From the NCBI GenBank assembly GCA_963835575.1, contig CAWIGG010000006.1, forward strand, positions 64,001 through 128,000: a DNA stretch of 64,000 nt. The letters run 5' to 3'. A program made the translations under genes and the position numbers. Below the pieces are notes generated by a model. That model was given only the letters and a program-made list of their open reading frames with translations. It was not told the DNA's origin and did not search any database. This document shows, piece by piece, positions 21,179 to 31,452 of this stretch. Origin of the DNA: an uncultured Spirochaetota bacterium. Its GTDB lineage: Bacteria; Spirochaetota; Brevinematia; Brevinematales; JAOACQ01. The stretch's first letter is position 1. Every line of letters starts with the position of its first letter.

Positions 21179-21244
21179 TATGTATAAAATAACTAATAGT
21201 GTAAAAATGAGGCATGGAAAAAAATAAGTTTGCATAAAAAGGTT

Positions 21245-21333
21245 GTCATAGCGAGCATGCCGCTTTGGTGTGCAGACAGATTGCTTCGCGCTATGGTCAG
21301 AAGCGAAGGAGAAGGCATGACGCTCGCAAAGAC
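21245..21333. repeat. Degenerate GTCATTGCGAG-family repeat
   Basis: GTCATAGCGAGC...CAGATTGCTTCG...GCTCGCAAAGAC; lacks the first inner arm. Confidence 0.65.
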
Positions 21334-21363
21334 GCGCTATGAATGGAGAGGGAGTACGAAAGC

Positions 21364-21508
21364 GTCATTGCGAGGGGATGGATTTCTACTATGACGAAAG
21401 TCATAGTCCGAAGCAATCTGTATGCGCATTTAGGCATGTTTGGTGTGCAGGCAGATTGCCTCGTATTATAAATAATGGCGAGGTTTAATTTCTGTGACTC
21501 GCAATGAC
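21364..21508. repeat. 145-bp GTCATTGCGAG-family palindromic repeat
   Basis: GTCATTGCGAG..CGAAGCAATCTG..CAGATTGCCTCG..CTCGCAATGAC. Confidence 0.85.
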
Positions 21509-21530
21509 AGCTTTGTAACAGGAGAATGTA

Positions 21531-23249
21531 ATGTTAAAACCGCTCGATAAAATATTGGAGGAGATCTTTTTAAAATCTCTCAAGGATAAATTCGCCGGAT
21601 TCAATGACTGGGACAAACTGTTCATTCAAAAAACCAATAATGAGGAATTCGGCGACTATCAGACTAATTTTGCCATGGTCACGGCGAAGTATTTTCAGAA
21701 AAATCCCCGGCAGCTGGCCCTGGAAATTATTGAGGCGGTTGGGAGCCATCCGGAAATCCGGAAACTGGAGACTGCGGGCCCCGGCTTTATCAATATTTTC
21801 CTGGACGATGATTATTTGGGCGAGGTCCTGAGAAAGACAGGCGATGAGAAATACGATTTCTCTTTTATCAGCCGTGAGGGAGATATCATCATCGATTATT
21901 CCTCGCCGAATATCGCCAAGAGGATGCATATCGGCCACCTCAGGAGCACCGTCATCGGCGATTCGATAAAAAGGATTTATTCCTTTCTCGGCTATCATGT
22001 GACCGGCGACAACCATCTCGGGGATTGGGGCACGCAGTTCGGAAAGCTGATAGTCGGGTACCGGAACTGGCTGGACAATGCGGCATATCGGGAAAACCCG
22101 ATAGAGGAACTGGAAAGGATCTATGTGGAGTTTGAGAAGCGCTCTGAAAACAATCCTGAACTTATTGAAAGCGCCCGCGAAGAACTCAAAAAACTGCAGG
22201 ACGGGGAAAAAGAAAACACAAAGCTCTGGAAGGAATTCATCGATGTCTCGATGAAGGAATATGATATTATTTATAAAAGGCTTGACATTACATTCGATAC
22301 TTTTTACGGCGAGTCCTTTTATCATGAAATGATGCCGTCGGTGGTACGGGAGCTTGTTGACAAAGGAATAGCCAAAAAGTCAGAAGAAGCCCTGGTCGTG
22401 TTTTTTGATGAAAAGGAAAACCTGCCGGTCTGCATTATTCAGAAGAAAGACGGCGCGTATCTGTATGCCACTTCTGACCTGGCCTGCCTGAAATACAGAA
22501 GGGAAAACTATAAGCTTAACCGCATCATCTATGTGACGGACGACCGTCAGCAGACGCATTTCCGCCAGTTCTTCCGGATTTCCGAATTACTGGGCTGGGA
22601 TATCAAAAAAGAGCATGTCTGGTTCGGGGTGATGCGTTTTCCGGACGGGATCTTCTCGTCGCGCAAGGGCAATGTGATCAGACTGGAGGACCTTTTAAAC
22701 GAGGCGAAAACCCGCGCCAGGACGATCATCGAGGAAAAAAATCCCGGCCTGCCGGAAGATGAAAAGGACATGGTCGCCGAAGCTGTCGGGACGGGCTCCG
22801 TCAAATATTTTGATCTCAGCCAGAACCGCGCCAGTACGCTTGTATTTGAATGGGACAGGGCTCTTAATTTTGAGGGCAACACAGCGCCCTATCTTCAGTA
22901 CACTTATGCCAGGATCAAATCGATCCTGCGCAAGGCAGAGGAACTGAACAAAGATTTAAAAAATGACGCGAAGATCCTGTTTACCGGAAAGATCGAGCGG
23001 TCGCTTGCTGTTATTCTTTCTCAATTCCCGAATGTAGTCATGAACGCGGCGGAAAATTATACGCCGAATTTTATAGCGGATTATCTTTTTAACCTGGCGC
23101 AGAATTTCAACAGCTTTTATAACTCCATGCCGGTCCTCAAGGAAAAAGATGAAATTTTATATTCCCGGCTTCTTCTGGCCGAAAGGACTTCCAGGATCAT
23201 AAAAGAAGGCCTGAATCTTCTCGGTATTAAAGCGGTGGAAAGGATGTAA
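21531..23249 (+). CDS. argS: Arginine--tRNA ligase
   Basis: FGDYQ, AGPGFIN, DYSSPNIAKRMHIGH, GDWGTQFG, FSSRKG, GNTAPYLQY. Confidence 0.99.
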   Translation: MLKPLDKILEEIFLKSLKDKFAGFNDWDKLFIQKTNNEEFGDYQTNFAMVTAKYFQKNPRQLALEIIEAVGSHPEIRKLETAGPGFINIFLDDDYLGEVLRKTGDEKYDFSFISREGDIIIDYSSPNIAKRMHIGHLRSTVIGDSIKRIYSFLGYHVTGDNHLGDWGTQFGKLIVGYRNWLDNAAYRENPIEELERIYVEFEKRSENNPELIESAREELKKLQDGEKENTKLWKEFIDVSMKEYDIIYKRLDITFDTFYGESFYHEMMPSVVRELVDKGIAKKSEEALVVFFDEKENLPVCIIQKKDGAYLYATSDLACLKYRRENYKLNRIIYVTDDRQQTHFRQFFRISELLGWDIKKEHVWFGVMRFPDGIFSSRKGNVIRLEDLLNEAKTRARTIIEEKNPGLPEDEKDMVAEAVGTGSVKYFDLSQNRASTLVFEWDRALNFEGNTAPYLQYTYARIKSILRKAEELNKDLKNDAKILFTGKIERSLAVILSQFPNVVMNAAENYTPNFIADYLFNLAQNFNSFYNSMPVLKEKDEILYSRLLLAERTSRIIKEGLNLLGIKAVERM

Positions 23250-23381
23250 GCGGCAGTTTTAAAAGCAGAGGCAAATCCATACCTTGTTTACAGGGAAAGA
23301 GAACTATGTTATAATCCATAATAGTTTGAGGTTTCAATATTTGAAAAAATATTATTATAATAATAAAAGGAGGGATTATTT

Positions 23382-24263
23382 ATGAAAACAAAAATATTGG
23401 TCATCATTCTACTGCTTCTCTCATGTGTGATGTATGCGAAGAAGCCCAGGATCGCCATTATCACTTTTGAGTACAAAGCCGGTTCCGCAGAGGGCAGTTG
23501 GGCAGTCGGGGACGGCATTTCAGACATGCTGGCAACCGCGCTTTTTAAATCAGGAAAGTTTGACGTTATGGAGCGGGCCAAGATGGAGAGCATGCTGGAA
23601 GAGCAGAAACTCGGGATGACCGGCATGGTCACCCCTGAATCCGCGGCAAAAATGGGCAAGATACTGGGCGTGCAGTTTATTGTAGTCGGCAGCGTCAATC
23701 AATTCGGACAGAAAACAGATAAAACAAAAGCCTTGGGCATCGAGGTCAATACCACAACCGCAAGGGTGGCGACGGATGTCAGGATCATAAATGTGGAAAC
23801 AGGCAGGCTCCTGGGCGCTGAAAGCGGAAAGGGGGAAGAGACTGCCGTAGGCGGATCCATTGAAAACGCCGATCTGCTTCCCACAGACGTCGCATTCGGT
23901 TCCACCGGCTTTGATGAGACCATAATCGGTAAAGCGACAAAGAAATGCGTGGATGATCTTGTGGACCAGTTCGGCAAATCATTCGCCAATCAGACCCTGG
24001 AAGGAAAAATCATGAAAGTATCTGAAGACAAGGTTTATATCAATCTGGGTAAAGATTCCGGAATTGCGGTCGGCCAGGTGTTTGACGTGATGCAGAAGGG
24101 AGAGGAATTGATCGATCCCGATACAGGCGAGAGCCTGGGAAGCGAGGACAAAAAAATCGGTTCTGTAAAAGTTACGGAAGTTAAGGAAAAATTAGCTCTT
24201 GCGGATATTGTCGACGGCAAAGACAAGATCAAACAGAATGACATCGTAGTTCAGAAAAAATAA
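23382..24263 (+). CDS. CsgG/HfaB-family protein with a FlgT-like C-terminal domain
   Basis: Signal peptide; F.V.ER..LEEQ; GKILGV; VYINLG; DPDTGESLG. Confidence 0.8.
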   Translation: MKTKILVIILLLLSCVMYAKKPRIAIITFEYKAGSAEGSWAVGDGISDMLATALFKSGKFDVMERAKMESMLEEQKLGMTGMVTPESAAKMGKILGVQFIVVGSVNQFGQKTDKTKALGIEVNTTTARVATDVRIINVETGRLLGAESGKGEETAVGGSIENADLLPTDVAFGSTGFDETIIGKATKKCVDDLVDQFGKSFANQTLEGKIMKVSEDKVYINLGKDSGIAVGQVFDVMQKGEELIDPDTGESLGSEDKKIGSVKVTEVKEKLALADIVDGKDKIKQNDIVVQKK

Positions 24264-24523
24264 AAAAACAGACCAATTAATTCTTTATCACGAAAGCTGA
24301 TGTTCCCCGGCCGCTGACCAGGGTTTCTCCGGGAGGCAGTGCCGGGGATCATCAGGCCTTTAATTAAACCGCAGGTCAAAGAATAGTCAAAACAAAAATC
24401 TATCTTCTGGATTTGACTTTTGTGTTGATTTTAATTATTTTGAGGTAAAAGACATTAATTTATTATTCATCATAATAAGATTATAGCTATGCCAACTATT
24501 TTATGGAGAAGGAGTAACGAAAT

Positions 24524-24940
24524 GGAACCACAGATTTCACAGACTTGTAGTGAGCTTGCCGAACTATGACACAGATTATAATTTTGTAAATATAAACGGA
24601 AAGCTTGGTTGGTTAGCCCGATGAACCACACTACAAGTCAGTGAAATCATTATGTAATTATGATTATGGAAAAAGAAAAGAAGAGTGATGAGCAAGCATA
24701 TGAAGTTATTGGAACGGCACAGTATACCTGTTAACCAAAACGTAGTACATAAGATGAGAAATGATCCTATAGGTTTTATGGTTTTTGTTTTCAGAAAAAA
24801 TTTAACCGATTCCAGTTAGTATTTTTAGTAAAAAACAGAAAATATATTATTCGCGCAATAATTCTGTATAGATTTTACAGAAAATATCTGTGAAATCAGT
24901 GTAATGGTTCGACTGACGCTCACCACGGCGTCTGTGGTTT
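24524..24940. repeat. CACAGAT-type element carrying a GxxExxY N-terminal remnant
   Basis: AACCACAGATTTCACAGA..ACACAGAT / ATCTGTGAAATCAGTGTAA..TCTGTGGTT arms; 24666-24734 encodes MEKEKKSDEQAYEVIGTA, similar to the N-terminus at 43875. Confidence 0.75.
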
Positions 24941-24998
24941 CAACTCGTAAAATTGAAATTCCTGAAAACACTTTAAATAATAATACAATGAGGAATTT

Positions 24999-26051
24999 AT
25001 GAAAAACAACTCTTTAAAATTTGTATCTCTGGACGGTTCTCCCTACCAGAGCGCGGGCAAGAAAAGCGAACAGAATATAAAGGACATTGAGCTTTTAGAC
25101 GCTTATTCCAGAACGGTCGTATCGGTGTCAAAAAAAATCAGCGCATCGGTTGTTCATATCAAGGTCGGACAGAACCATAATCATAATCATTCCCAATCGG
25201 CCCGCAATTACGGTGTGCCGGAAGCAGGCGGCAGCGGGTCCGGTTTTATTTTTACTCCGGACGGCTTTATTTTGACCAACAGCCATGTTGTTCATAATGA
25301 AGAGCATATAGAAGTGGTCCTTACAGACGGGCGGCGTTATGAAGCCGGCCCGGTCGGCGACGATCCGGACACGGACCTAGCCGTTATCAGGATTTCAGAG
25401 TCGGGCCTGGACGCGGCCGTTTTCGGGGATTCATCCCGGCTTACGGTCGGACAGCTGGCCGTAGCGGTCGGGAACCCTTACGGCTTTCAAAATACATTGA
25501 CCGCAGGCGTTATCAGCGCGCTCGGCCGCTCTTTTTATTCTTCGAACGGCCGCCTGATAGATAATGTAATACAGACGGACGCCGCGCTCAATCCGGGAAA
25601 TTCCGGCGGGCCTCTTCTGAACTCATTGGGCGAAGTGATCGGCGTGAATACGGCAGTTATTCTTCAGGCGCAGGGTCTCTGCTTTTCCATTCCCAGCAAT
25701 ACGGCGCAGTATGTCGCTTCTTTATTGATGAAGGACGGGAAAATCCGAAGGGGTTATATCGGGATCGGCGGGCAGAATGTGGAACTGCACCGTAAACTCG
25801 CGCATTATTACAAGCTGCCCAGGGACACGGGCTTCCTTGTCATAAATGTGAGGAAAGAAAGTCCCGCCGAAGCGGCCGGTATAATGGAAGGGGATATTAT
25901 TGTGGAGTTTGACGGGAAGCCCATCGGCTCGATGGACGACCTCCACCGCCTTCTGACGGAAGAAAGCATCGGGCATAAAAAAGAGATAACCGTTATCCGC
26001 TTTACTGAAAAAAAGACCATGGAAATCCTGCCCGGTAATCAGCCTGATTGA
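24999..26051 (+). CDS. HtrA/DegP-family trypsin-like serine protease with one PDZ domain
   Basis: GSGF, LTNSHVV, DLAV, QTDAALNPGNSGGP, PDZ; no evident signal peptide. Confidence 0.93.
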   Translation: MKNNSLKFVSLDGSPYQSAGKKSEQNIKDIELLDAYSRTVVSVSKKISASVVHIKVGQNHNHNHSQSARNYGVPEAGGSGSGFIFTPDGFILTNSHVVHNEEHIEVVLTDGRRYEAGPVGDDPDTDLAVIRISESGLDAAVFGDSSRLTVGQLAVAVGNPYGFQNTLTAGVISALGRSFYSSNGRLIDNVIQTDAALNPGNSGGPLLNSLGEVIGVNTAVILQAQGLCFSIPSNTAQYVASLLMKDGKIRRGYIGIGGQNVELHRKLAHYYKLPRDTGFLVINVRKESPAEAAGIMEGDIIVEFDGKPIGSMDDLHRLLTEESIGHKKEITVIRFTEKKTMEILPGNQPD

Positions 26052-26083
26052 CGGCCAAAAAGATTAAATTGGAATAAGGAAAC

Positions 26084-26321
26084 GGAACCACAGATTTCAC
26101 AGATAGCACAGATTATATTTTTGAAATAGTGAAAGCAAGTTCGCGATGAGTTTCTTGGCAATATTGACTAGGATGAAACTTAATTCAGAATAGGAACCAT
26201 TGAAGGAAATTCAGTTTACTGATTTAATTTGGGTAAATGTTAATAAATTCAAATTATTCTACTATAATTCCATATGGATTTCACAGAAAGTATCTGTGAA
26301 ATCAGTGTAATCTGTGGTTCC
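26084..26321. repeat. Gene-less CACAGAT-type element
   Basis: GGAACCACAGATTTCACAGATAGCACAGAT ... ATCTGTGAAATCAGTGTAATCTGTGGTTCC. Confidence 0.85.
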
Positions 26322-26435
26322 AGCCCGTAAGATTGAATTTCCTGGATAGTAAAAAGGCAGAGTTTTTTTGAATGCCTTTTGATTGCCCTCGTTTATAAAG
26401 GCTGGAGCCGTAAGCCCCAGCCCTTTTAATATTTT

Positions 26436-27286
26436 CTATTGTTCGGCCAATTCCACACGGCGGTTTTTCGCGCGGCCTTCTTCGGTCTGGTTTGAGGCCG
26501 CCGGGGAAACCGGTCCGGCCCCGAAAGCCTGAAGGCGGGCAGCGGCGATTTTGTATGTGCTGACCAGCGCCTTGACCACAGCTTCCGCCCGGTCCTTTGA
26601 CAGTTTAATGTTATATTCAAAAGTTCCTTCATTATCGGTATGGCCAACCACATAAAGCTTTAGTTTGGGATCTGCCTGAAGCAGTTTGGCGCTCTCTTTT
26701 AAAGAAGGTTCCGATTCAGGTTTAATCACGGCCTTGCCGGTATCAAAATAAATGCCGTATACCGCGCGGCCTTGCCTGTTTCCTTGATATTCTGGGCCAG
26801 GCTGTTCGCGTCAGCCGTGACATCCTGCACCATGGCCTGCTTTTCGATGATCGTGAGCTCATAAATGCCGTTCGACCCCGCACGCACATATACCCACACC
26901 TCTGCGCCGTTTTTGACCACTTTCAGCGTCACATCCGCCTCGGGATCCTGCCATTGATAAACGACTTTTCCGCCGATCGCCTTGACTGCGTTGATATAAT
27001 TACGGATGATCTGAAGAGGGCTGGGCTGCTGGGCGCCTGATTTTAAATAATACTGAATGAAATAACGATGGCCTTCCACTGTCTGTGTTTTCCCGGAGCC
27101 GGTTTGAAAATCATATTTGTCAAATTCAATATCATCATAGCGGGAAATAAAAAAACCGGGTATGCGGTTGAATAACGCCGGGTCCTTGCTGCCCTCTTTA
27201 TCATCAGGGTCGGCGGCCGCAAAAAGGCTTCCGGATAACAGGAACAGTGTTAATAAAGAAAAAAAGATTCCGATTAGTTTCTTCAT
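26436..27286 (-). pseudogene. OmpA-family (DUF4892-like) protein with a +2 frameshift
   Basis: Signal peptide; removing one CG at ~26763-26768 restores GKAAVYGIYFD joined to the GHTD...LSKDRA...NRRVE OmpA domain. Confidence 0.8.
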
Positions 27287-27538
27287 ATAAAAACCTCCTT
27301 AGATATTTAAACAGGCAGGGGCTGTTCAGTAAATGGAGTAATTAAAAACTGTCAGAATGCTCTCATTGGAAATAAATATAGCATTTTTATCTGGATAAAT
27401 CAAAGTTTATGAAATATCTGAGATGAAAAACCGGGATGATATTTAATCCGGGCTGACAATTAGAAATTTATATGTAAACACGGCTGATGATATCCAGCGC
27501 TTATGTGCGGGACACCTTCATATATAAGCATAAATTAT

Positions 27539-28384
27539 TCAAACCTGTTTGCTGAACTTCGATATTACCGCGGTCCCGGCTATGACCATAATAAATCCCG
27601 CGATCTGCATAGCCGTTACAAGCGGATCTGCCGAAAGCCTTTCGGAAAAAGCGAGCAGTCCGCCGATAACTGGTATTACCCCGTTGAGCACAGATTGGGT
27701 GGAAAGAACAATAATAGCGGTCCCGGTCTGAAAACCGCGCTGCATTGCCAGAAGACCCGCGATATTGACCAGTATGACAACGGGTAGATATATTGCAAAC
27801 GCTGTAAAAAAATCATTATTGCCGGCACAGGTGAGCATGGCTTTTGTGAATAAAGCGGCAATGCCCATTATCGAACCGGATACTATCCCCCAGAAGGCTT
27901 CAATCCTGATGCCTTTCAATGTTCCTGTTTTCATCAAGAAGTAAAGGATTATCAGCAGAAGAAAAAGAAAAAGATTCAGCGCCAATAACGGCGCCGGCTT
28001 AAAATCTCCCTGCCCCGCGCCGCCGGATGTGCTGATGCCGAGAATGATAATGCCGATGAGCATGCAGGCGACGGCAGCCCAGTCTGCCGGGCTGATGCGT
28101 TCATGAAGATAAAATATGCTGAAGGCCGCAAACACAAGAAATCCGAAGCCCTGAAGCGGCTGGATTATGGAGATCGGGGCATAACGCATCGAAGCAAGAT
28201 AAAAAACCCATCCAACCGTCATAAGGGCAAGGCCGGATATCCATGTGCCGTTTGTCAGGTATTTAAAGGCCGCTTTTTTGCTCTTTCCTGAAACGGCGTT
28301 TACGCCTTTCTTCTGGAAAATAATGCCTATATTGGACACGGCTGAAGCAAGCATCGAGATGATTAAAGCGATTAAAACCGGCAT
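27539..28384 (-). CDS. DMT/EamA-superfamily (NIPA-like) transporter
   Basis: About 9-10 TM segments; APISIIQPL; LHERIS; ATG 28384 after AAGGA. Confidence 0.8.
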   Translation of the reverse strand: MPVLIALIISMLASAVSNIGIIFQKKGVNAVSGKSKKAAFKYLTNGTWISGLALMTVGWVFYLASMRYAPISIIQPLQGFGFLVFAAFSIFYLHERISPADWAAVACMLIGIIILGISTSGGAGQGDFKPAPLLALNLFLFLLLIILYFLMKTGTLKGIRIEAFWGIVSGSIMGIAALFTKAMLTCAGNNDFFTAFAIYLPVVILVNIAGLLAMQRGFQTGTAIIVLSTQSVLNGVIPVIGGLLAFSERLSADPLVTAMQIAGFIMVIAGTAVISKFSKQV

Positions 28385-28398
28385 ATTAGCATCCTTAA
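28381..28398. repeat. 18-bp direct repeat, left copy
   Basis: GCATATTAGCATCCTTAA, identical at 31359-31376. Confidence 0.85.
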
Positions 28399-28907
28399 CT
28401 TTTTTTATATATGTATGGAATTTTCCAGAAAACAAATTTTTATAAACGAGTTTTATTTTAAGCCTTAAAAGAAATATCGGCAAGAAAATATTCCGGGAAG
28501 AGAAATCATTCAGACACTGGGGGAGAATAAATTTTCATGCATGGATTTTTTATAAGAAGTTGCTCATCGGCAGCATTCAAGGCAAAACCCCGATTCGATC
28601 AGGGTAAACACTGAAACAAAATTTTGGGTGGCGTTGGGGAGATTTCAAGGCGGATATTCTGTAACCGGTATTGTATAAAAAAGATTATACTATTTTTGAG
28701 GTCAGAAAACCTTATGTTGAAAAAAATTGAGTTATTGTATTAACCTGCCGGATTATGGTTTGAAATTATTATAGCAATTTCTATAAGTCTTGAAGTCAGG
28801 CCGTCGGCTTTAAGACAAATTATTTTTCTAAACTCTTCACCGGTATTCAAGATTGCTTTGTTTTGAGGTATGTTTAAATAGTCACTAAAAAATATTTTTA
28901 AAAATAC

Positions 28908-28944
28908 TTGATATTTCACAGAATAGTCTGTATAATAGACTATT
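28908..28944 (+). promoter_or_regulatory. Sigma70-type promoter with an overlapping palindromic operator
   Basis: TTGATA-17-TATAAT; AATAGTCT-N7-AGACTATT centred on the -10 box. Confidence 0.7.
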
Positions 28945-28993
28945 ATATATTTCATAGTGTTCTAAATAATAGAAATTATAGGAGGATTATTTT

Positions 28994-29581
28994 ATGACTG
29001 GATCAGACTTGACCTTGAAACAGGGGGAGGCCCTGGAACAGATCGCTTATTTAAAAAAGCTGACTGAGCAGACAAGGCTGCGGGCCGCGGATTGGTACCC
29101 ATACTTCCTTTTATGGGGAGTTATCTGGATAATAGGCAACGCGGCCGGTCCGTGGGTGAAGGATTGGAAATACGGTCTGTTATGGTTAGCCCTTTGCGTT
29201 GCTGGTATGGCAATTTCATTTATAATAGGATTCAGCAGGCGTGCTAATTCAAAAAAAGCTCCCCCGCTCCTTAAAAAATTAGGTCTCTTAAGCCTGACTA
29301 TAACTGCCGCCGCGGGACTGTTTTTCCCCTTTGTAATCATGGCGTTGGGTGAAAAAATCATTACCCTATACTGGCCTTTCTGGATAGGAGTCGTCTATAT
29401 TGCCAATAGTGTTTTTATCGGGAGGCAATTGGCCTGGATAGGATTATGGATTGTATTCGAAGCCGTGATTGCACTGATTATTCCTATGCCTTATTTTTAT
29501 TTCTGGCTTTCTTTGGCTGGGGGCGGATCGCTTCTGGCGACGGGATTAATCTTCAAGAAACAGGCGAAATCCCATGAATAG
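28994..29581 (+). CDS. Membrane protein co-transcribed with a wHTH regulator
   Basis: About 6 TM segments; AGGAGG RBS; overlaps the next gene. Confidence 0.75.
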   Translation: MTGSDLTLKQGEALEQIAYLKKLTEQTRLRAADWYPYFLLWGVIWIIGNAAGPWVKDWKYGLLWLALCVAGMAISFIIGFSRRANSKKAPPLLKKLGLLSLTITAAAGLFFPFVIMALGEKIITLYWPFWIGVVYIANSVFIGRQLAWIGLWIVFEAVIALIIPMPYFYFWLSLAGGGSLLATGLIFKKQAKSHE

Positions 29582-29885
29582 CATCAAAATTCCCGATCTT
29601 GATGAAATTTTCCAGGCCAGGGCGCGCATAGGCATAATGACCATACTGGTTTCATCTGGGGATACCGATTTTACAATTCTTAAGGAGCAGTCTGGTCTGA
29701 CCGGCGGTAATTTGGGGGCGCATATCAGGGTACTTGAGGACGCGGGCTACATAGAAGTACTTAAAGGTTATGCAGGACGGCGGCCGAGGACCACCTGCCG
29801 GGTTACCTCTGCGGGGCGGGATGCCTTTTTGAAATATTTAAATCAGATTGAAGAAATTTTGAGGATTGTCAGGCCGGAACATTGA
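29574..29885 (+). CDS. Winged-helix transcriptional regulator (MarR/ArsR-like, HTH_34)
   Basis: RIGIM..L, LTGGNLGAH..LEDAGY, RPRT..T.AGR. Confidence 0.88.
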   Translation: MNSIKIPDLDEIFQARARIGIMTILVSSGDTDFTILKEQSGLTGGNLGAHIRVLEDAGYIEVLKGYAGRRPRTTCRVTSAGRDAFLKYLNQIEEILRIVRPEH

Positions 29886-30061
29886 TCCATAAGACATACC
29901 GCCGGATGTTCCTGTCTGCTGGTACGGTTAAAATGCCCTAAAGGAAAAAATAAGCCGGATACCGACAAAATCGAAGTATGATTTTTTATTTGATGGTTAT
30001 TTCCATATGCTCATATAGAATTACTTACTTTTCATAATTTGTTAAAAGATAGGAGGATAAA

Positions 30062-31243
30062 ATGAACATAAAAGTAATTTTTAAAATGGTTTGCCTTTTA
30101 TTTTTCGGCGTTTTCTGTATATCGGTAATGTTTGGCGGTTCCGGCGGCAGTGAATCCGGTACGCCGGGAAAAAATCTGATTGTTGCGACAAATACCCTGG
30201 CCGTTTATCAGAAGGATTCAGCCGCACAAAATATAATTTTACCTTTTTATCCCGTCAGCTATTGTGCGGAAAAACACATCATGGCATTCTTTAAAGGCGA
30301 TCCGGATTATGAATCGGTTGAGGCGTTTATTTTTGGGAAAAAACTCGAAAATGGAAAACCTTATATCATGGCTATTATGACTTACCATGATAAGCATCAG
30401 GAAGATTATATTAATGACACAAATGTATTACATTACATTCATGGTTCAAGAAAAGAGCGGCCTCTGTTTGTTTCAGGCATGGACTGGGAATCAAAACCCA
30501 ATAATCAGGATCAGAGGTTGAAATTTAAACTGAAGGATGGTAGGGATATTGAGCTTGTTTATTTAAGTGATTATGGAGTTTCGGCTCAATATGGCGGGAT
30601 CACTGATATCGGGAAACACAGCCCTGATGGAGGGTTTCCCCTGTTCTGCAGAGATTCCAGCGGTATGGCGGGCGGTAAGAGCTATGTAATGATACAGGGT
30701 AAAAAGTATTCAATTCCGGAAGATGAAGAAAGCTCAAAAAAGCCTTTTTTTACGGGTTATAAATCTTATTTTACATGCGGCATGCATTCAATGATCCTGC
30801 CAATATTCAAACTTGTGAAAAATTTTCCGCCTTCCTTTGTTTCTGATAGTAACAGTATGGAAGAAAAATATGACGGAATATTCAGTCAAAAAATTCTTCT
30901 GGAAAAGCGGGACGGTGTAAAGGAAATTACAGAGGCTTATTTTTCAAGTCCTCAACTATCGCCAGCTGACTCAGTAAGGCTCCGGTTCAGCCCATCTTTC
31001 CCGAATCTTAAGGCAATGGAATTGAACCAAGTTTGTCCCGTTCGTTTTGATGTGTATTTCAACGGTTCTGAAAAAGAGCAGGCTTCCGGTGTAATGTTAA
31101 TCCGGAAAACGGAAGCTGATTCGGCTGTTGTCGAATTAAATCCATTAAAGCCTGAATATTTCAAAAATGATAGGCGGATGATTTATTTTCTGAAATGGGA
31201 TAATAAGGCAGTTAAAATTGAGTCTCGGATGAATAACAATTAA
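30062..31243 (+). CDS. Hypothetical secreted protein
   Basis: AGGAGG RBS; N-terminal hydrophobic segment; 393 aa. Confidence 0.7.
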   Translation: MNIKVIFKMVCLLFFGVFCISVMFGGSGGSESGTPGKNLIVATNTLAVYQKDSAAQNIILPFYPVSYCAEKHIMAFFKGDPDYESVEAFIFGKKLENGKPYIMAIMTYHDKHQEDYINDTNVLHYIHGSRKERPLFVSGMDWESKPNNQDQRLKFKLKDGRDIELVYLSDYGVSAQYGGITDIGKHSPDGGFPLFCRDSSGMAGGKSYVMIQGKKYSIPEDEESSKKPFFTGYKSYFTCGMHSMILPIFKLVKNFPPSFVSDSNSMEEKYDGIFSQKILLEKRDGVKEITEAYFSSPQLSPADSVRLRFSPSFPNLKAMELNQVCPVRFDVYFNGSEKEQASGVMLIRKTEADSAVVELNPLKPEYFKNDRRMIYFLKWDNKAVKIESRMNNN

Positions 31244-31325
31244 AAAGCTTCAATTCTTAAAAAATTGGTAAATAGATATGAATCCCGTAACCGTAAATTT
31301 ACTCTTTAATAAACAATAGATATTT

Positions 31326-31352
31326 AAAGGCGGCGGCAATGCCGCCTTTTTT
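31326..31352. terminator. Bidirectional intrinsic terminator
   Basis: AAAGGCGGC..GCCGCCTTTTTT between convergent genes. Confidence 0.75.
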
Positions 31353-31358
31353 ATGCCA

Positions 31359-31376
31359 GCATATTAGCATCCTTAA
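31359..31376. repeat. 18-bp direct repeat, right copy
   Basis: GCATATTAGCATCCTTAA. Confidence 0.85.
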
Positions 31377-31452
31377 TCTTCAGAAGGAACATCTCCATCA
31401 GCTGGAGAAAAAATCCTGTCAGTTTTGTTTCATGGACTGGCCATGTTTTATT

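Noticed and set aside
24296..24356. Structured RNA after the CsgG-like gene
   Set aside because: Long stem is visible but no family motif; most simply a terminator-like hairpin
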